DNA of 63,371 nucleotides from Chlorokybus atmophyticus. Lineage: Eukaryota > Plantae > Mesostigma and Chlorokybus algae. Under the pieces are notes generated by a model. That model ran no database searches and was not told the origin of the DNA. It was given only the letters and a program-made list of their open reading frames with translations. Within the stretch, counting starts at the first letter, position 1. Each line of letters begins with the position of its first letter. Positions 60,488-63,371 of the stretch are shown here, piece by piece. The DNA lies in assembly GCA_009103225.1 (NCBI GenBank), contig RHPI01000638.1:682630-746000 (forward strand). Reading direction: 5' to 3'. Both the position numbers and the translations under genes were made by a program.

Positions 60488-63371
60488 GGACACATGCTTT
60501 TTCCCCACACAAGGGTCAACCTGCTCGTTCAGTCAATGTGGCATTGGCTACGGCAGCCTGCCACAAGTGCGGAGGACAAGGACACTTTGCCAAGGAATGC
60601 AATCGCGCTATGGACACGCTCCGGTGCACCTTCTGCAACAAACAAGGGCATGTGAAATGTGTGTGTTACACCAAGCGTTCAGAGCTTCGGCCTCAGCAGT
60701 TCAACAGAGGGGAGAATGCAGCTCGAGGGGGAGCGGTAAACAGAGGCAGAGGTCGGGGGGGAAGCAGTGCGACATGGGGCAGCAGCACAAAGAGTGGAGC
60801 ATGATGGTCTGCGAAGGGAGCCGGAAGAATCCCGAGCAATGGTAGCACAACTTTAGCTGCAACTGCGGGTCGACGAGCCCAAGTACTCTGGGTACGCAGC
60901 AATGTGTGAATTAGTGAAGTGGGCGGCTACCATGGGCATGGAGGAAGAAACCGAGGAGGGTGAGCAAGCAGAAGAGAAACCCACACCCCAACCTCCACCA
61001 GTTCAACAACCTGACTTGCCTCCACCCCAACGTCAGCCTCAACCTCGGCCAGCGGCAACACCACCGTCACAGCCTCATCGATTGGCTCGCACACTCTCCG
61101 CCCAGACTCCAGGTGCCACCTGCGCAACGCATGCGAGTGGAGGAGGCAGTGCTTTCGCTAGCAGAGGAAGCACATACCCTGTCATTTCCAGAAGCGGCAC
61201 CAATCCCACCACTGGTACACGAGGCAGCTCACCTGTTAGAAGGAGCGGCACAAGTGTTCGCAGGATGGGCAGAGGAATTACCTGTGTACCTGAGGCCAAC
61301 AGTTGAGGAAGCACCCACAATGCCAAGGGGTACCGTGCGGTTCTTTCGAGAAGAAATACGACGCTCGCTGATGCCTGAAGAAGCCCCAGTGTTCGCGCAT
61401 TCTCGAGAATGGGTTCAATATGTCCTATGAGGACGAACACTGAGCAGCTGCAAGCGGCGAGAGTACCCGTACAACCTTCTGACCAGCTGCATTGGCTGCA
61501 GATGATCGTTAACGAGTTCACACTGCTGGACATACCCAGATGGGAGGCAGTGGAGGAGTGGGTCGCACGGTGGTTGACCGCAGCAGCAGGGGTGTTCGAC
61601 GCTTTCCTGCGTGAGCCCGCACGACACATTTACGAGAGTGACAGAACGGCGGTGCCCGCAGCACGCGATTTTATCGCTTGAGCAGGTCCACGGAATACCG
61701 GTGCGCAGGTGGTCACCACAGAAATTGAGGAGCCTCGCGCGCGGGCGGAACAGATGCTGCACCTCACTCCACACTACGACACACTGCTGCTGCAGTATCT
61801 GGGGGGGGACCATCACCTACGAGCGCCGACAGCGAGTGCTGGAAGCAATGGCAGGCATACCCATGGCCACTCTCACCAGATATCAGCAGGCACGCAGACC
61901 AGGTCAGCCAGAGGTGGACAGGTTCATATGGGGGGCTGTGCTACTGCGTGAGGCTGCAGGGCGAGTGATGGCGGAAGAAGGCCGCAGCTACCAGCGAGAG
62001 CAAGGCTACCCGAGGGTCACGCCAGAGATGGCAGATGGCTACACGCGTTCCCACGTCACCCACCAGCTATGACACAAAGGCTGGCACACATGGAACGCGA
62101 AGGACGACTTCACCCTCAGATCCTGCGGCGCATTTGGCAGGAGCTTTTCTTCTCCACTGCCCTGTTGGACCTGCCAGAGACAGTGCCACTTCATGATGAA
62201 GGTGACCTGGAGCACGAGACAAGGATCCAGTTGTCGGAGCTGGTGCTGCAGGTGGGCCAACAGCAGCCCAACATTGATGACACCGTCTCCTGGATCACGC
62301 GGCTCCACGGGTATGAAACCAGCAGCTTGAGCATCACGATTAATGGTATCATCGGCACGGTGCAATACATATTGCTGAAGCCCATGCCACCAATCGCACT
62401 GTTCGGCATGGACTGGTGGAGGGCGTGGCTGGTCTGGCAAGCTACAAGGCGGATGCGTACCACTATTGACTGGCACGCACGTGATCCCGAATGGAACACC
62501 TGGAACGGGTTGCGGACACCTTCAGCACCTCACCTGTATGCATTACGCATACGTGCGCACGACGTGGCCTGGCGCGACGCTATGACAATGTGCTTGGGGA
62601 GGATATGTGACCGGACAGGACCGACACCAAGGATACAGCCACCGCACAAGAACGGGCTGCAGCGGCTGTAATGCGGGTGCGTATGCCGGCTCATGACAAT
62701 GAAGGACTGTTGCGATGGACCAGCATGCTGGTAGTGGAAACTGCACATGACCTCTATCGACAGAGAGAGACGTTTCCAGTACGGCCAACCTCACGAGTGG
62801 TACCTGCCCTCATGTTTGCCACTTCTAATGAAGCACAGGCAGAGAGAGAGCGACTCACTGAGCGAGAAATTTGCATCGAGACGGCAGCCGCTCTACGAGA
62901 GCCGGGCGTATATGACATGGACATACGAGGAGGTATGCGCATGCGCTCAGACAAGCCGTGGCCATAGCGCTTGCGAGCTCTGGTTGCTGACATAGTCCAA
63001 TGCGAAAGCGCATTGTGGGTCATCCTTACTACCGGTGGGAGGAGTATCAATGGATGCTGGTCTTCACAGCCGCCATGCAGGTGGCCACTGATCGTGCCAG
63101 ACGACGCTCATGGGGCTAACCCCGCTGCATCAGCAGAAGTTCAGCCGCCAAAGTCCATATGGCCTAGCACGCCAGCAGCAGAGGTACAACAGGGAGCAGT
63201 TCCGGCACCGCGACCTCCACGACCAGCACCACCACCACAACCAATCTGGGGGGTCCCATGGCTGCGACAAGCAACCCTACCTCCGCCAACAGCCATAATC
63301 ATGACGCCTGAAGAACGCCTGGCACGCGATGAGGTATGCAGTCGTGGATGCTGGACAGTACACTGTATACA

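Larger units (their letters stand above)
58686..63371 (+). mobile_element. Degenerate LTR retrotransposon (gag with two CCHC knuckles, protease-like remnant), running off the right edge
   Basis: Starts TGTCA at 58686; TATATAAG at about 59022; gag-like helical region at 59560-60260; CHKCGGQGHFAKEC (60559-60600) and CTFCNKQGHVKCVC (60625-60666); ITINGIIGTVQYILL...ALFGMDWW (about 62330-62420) resembles a retroviral protease C-terminus. No RT or integrase in the window. Many stops and frameshifts. Confidence 0.7.

Overview
Eukaryotic nuclear DNA from a green-lineage alga, inferred from intron-rich GT-AG genes, transit-peptide-like N-termini, a plant-type tRNA-Arg(ACG) and a ciliary LZTFL1-like gene. 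Most ORF-track entries are exon fragments or noise. I rebuilt the following spliced genes by eye: the 5' exon of a probable organellar AspRS, ATP phosphoribosyltransferase (HisG), DDX52/ROK1 helicase, an NAD(P)-Rossmann protein, a sterol-desaturase-family enzyme, a bacterial-type (DHPH-like) FAD monooxygenase, an ankyrin-TRP channel, LZTFL1, RPL37A, an EF-hand type II NAD(P)H dehydrogenase, CWH43 and EEF1AKMT1. Mobile DNA includes a decayed Penelope-like RT, a structurally complete 531-bp miniature LTR element (79-bp LTRs, PBS, PPT, 5-bp TSD) and a decayed gag/protease LTR element running off the right end. The 51.5-58.7 kb region is a cluster of broken genes: an intronless beta-helix fragment, a histidine-kinase fragment, a lipase-3/P-loop GTPase fusion, and an intron-containing partial copy of EEF1AKMT1 that ends exactly where the LTR element appears to start. 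There are several short local duplications, one starting inside the tRNA and one in a bidirectional promoter, plus GC-AG intron candidates. All family assignments come from motif recognition by eye; no searches were run.
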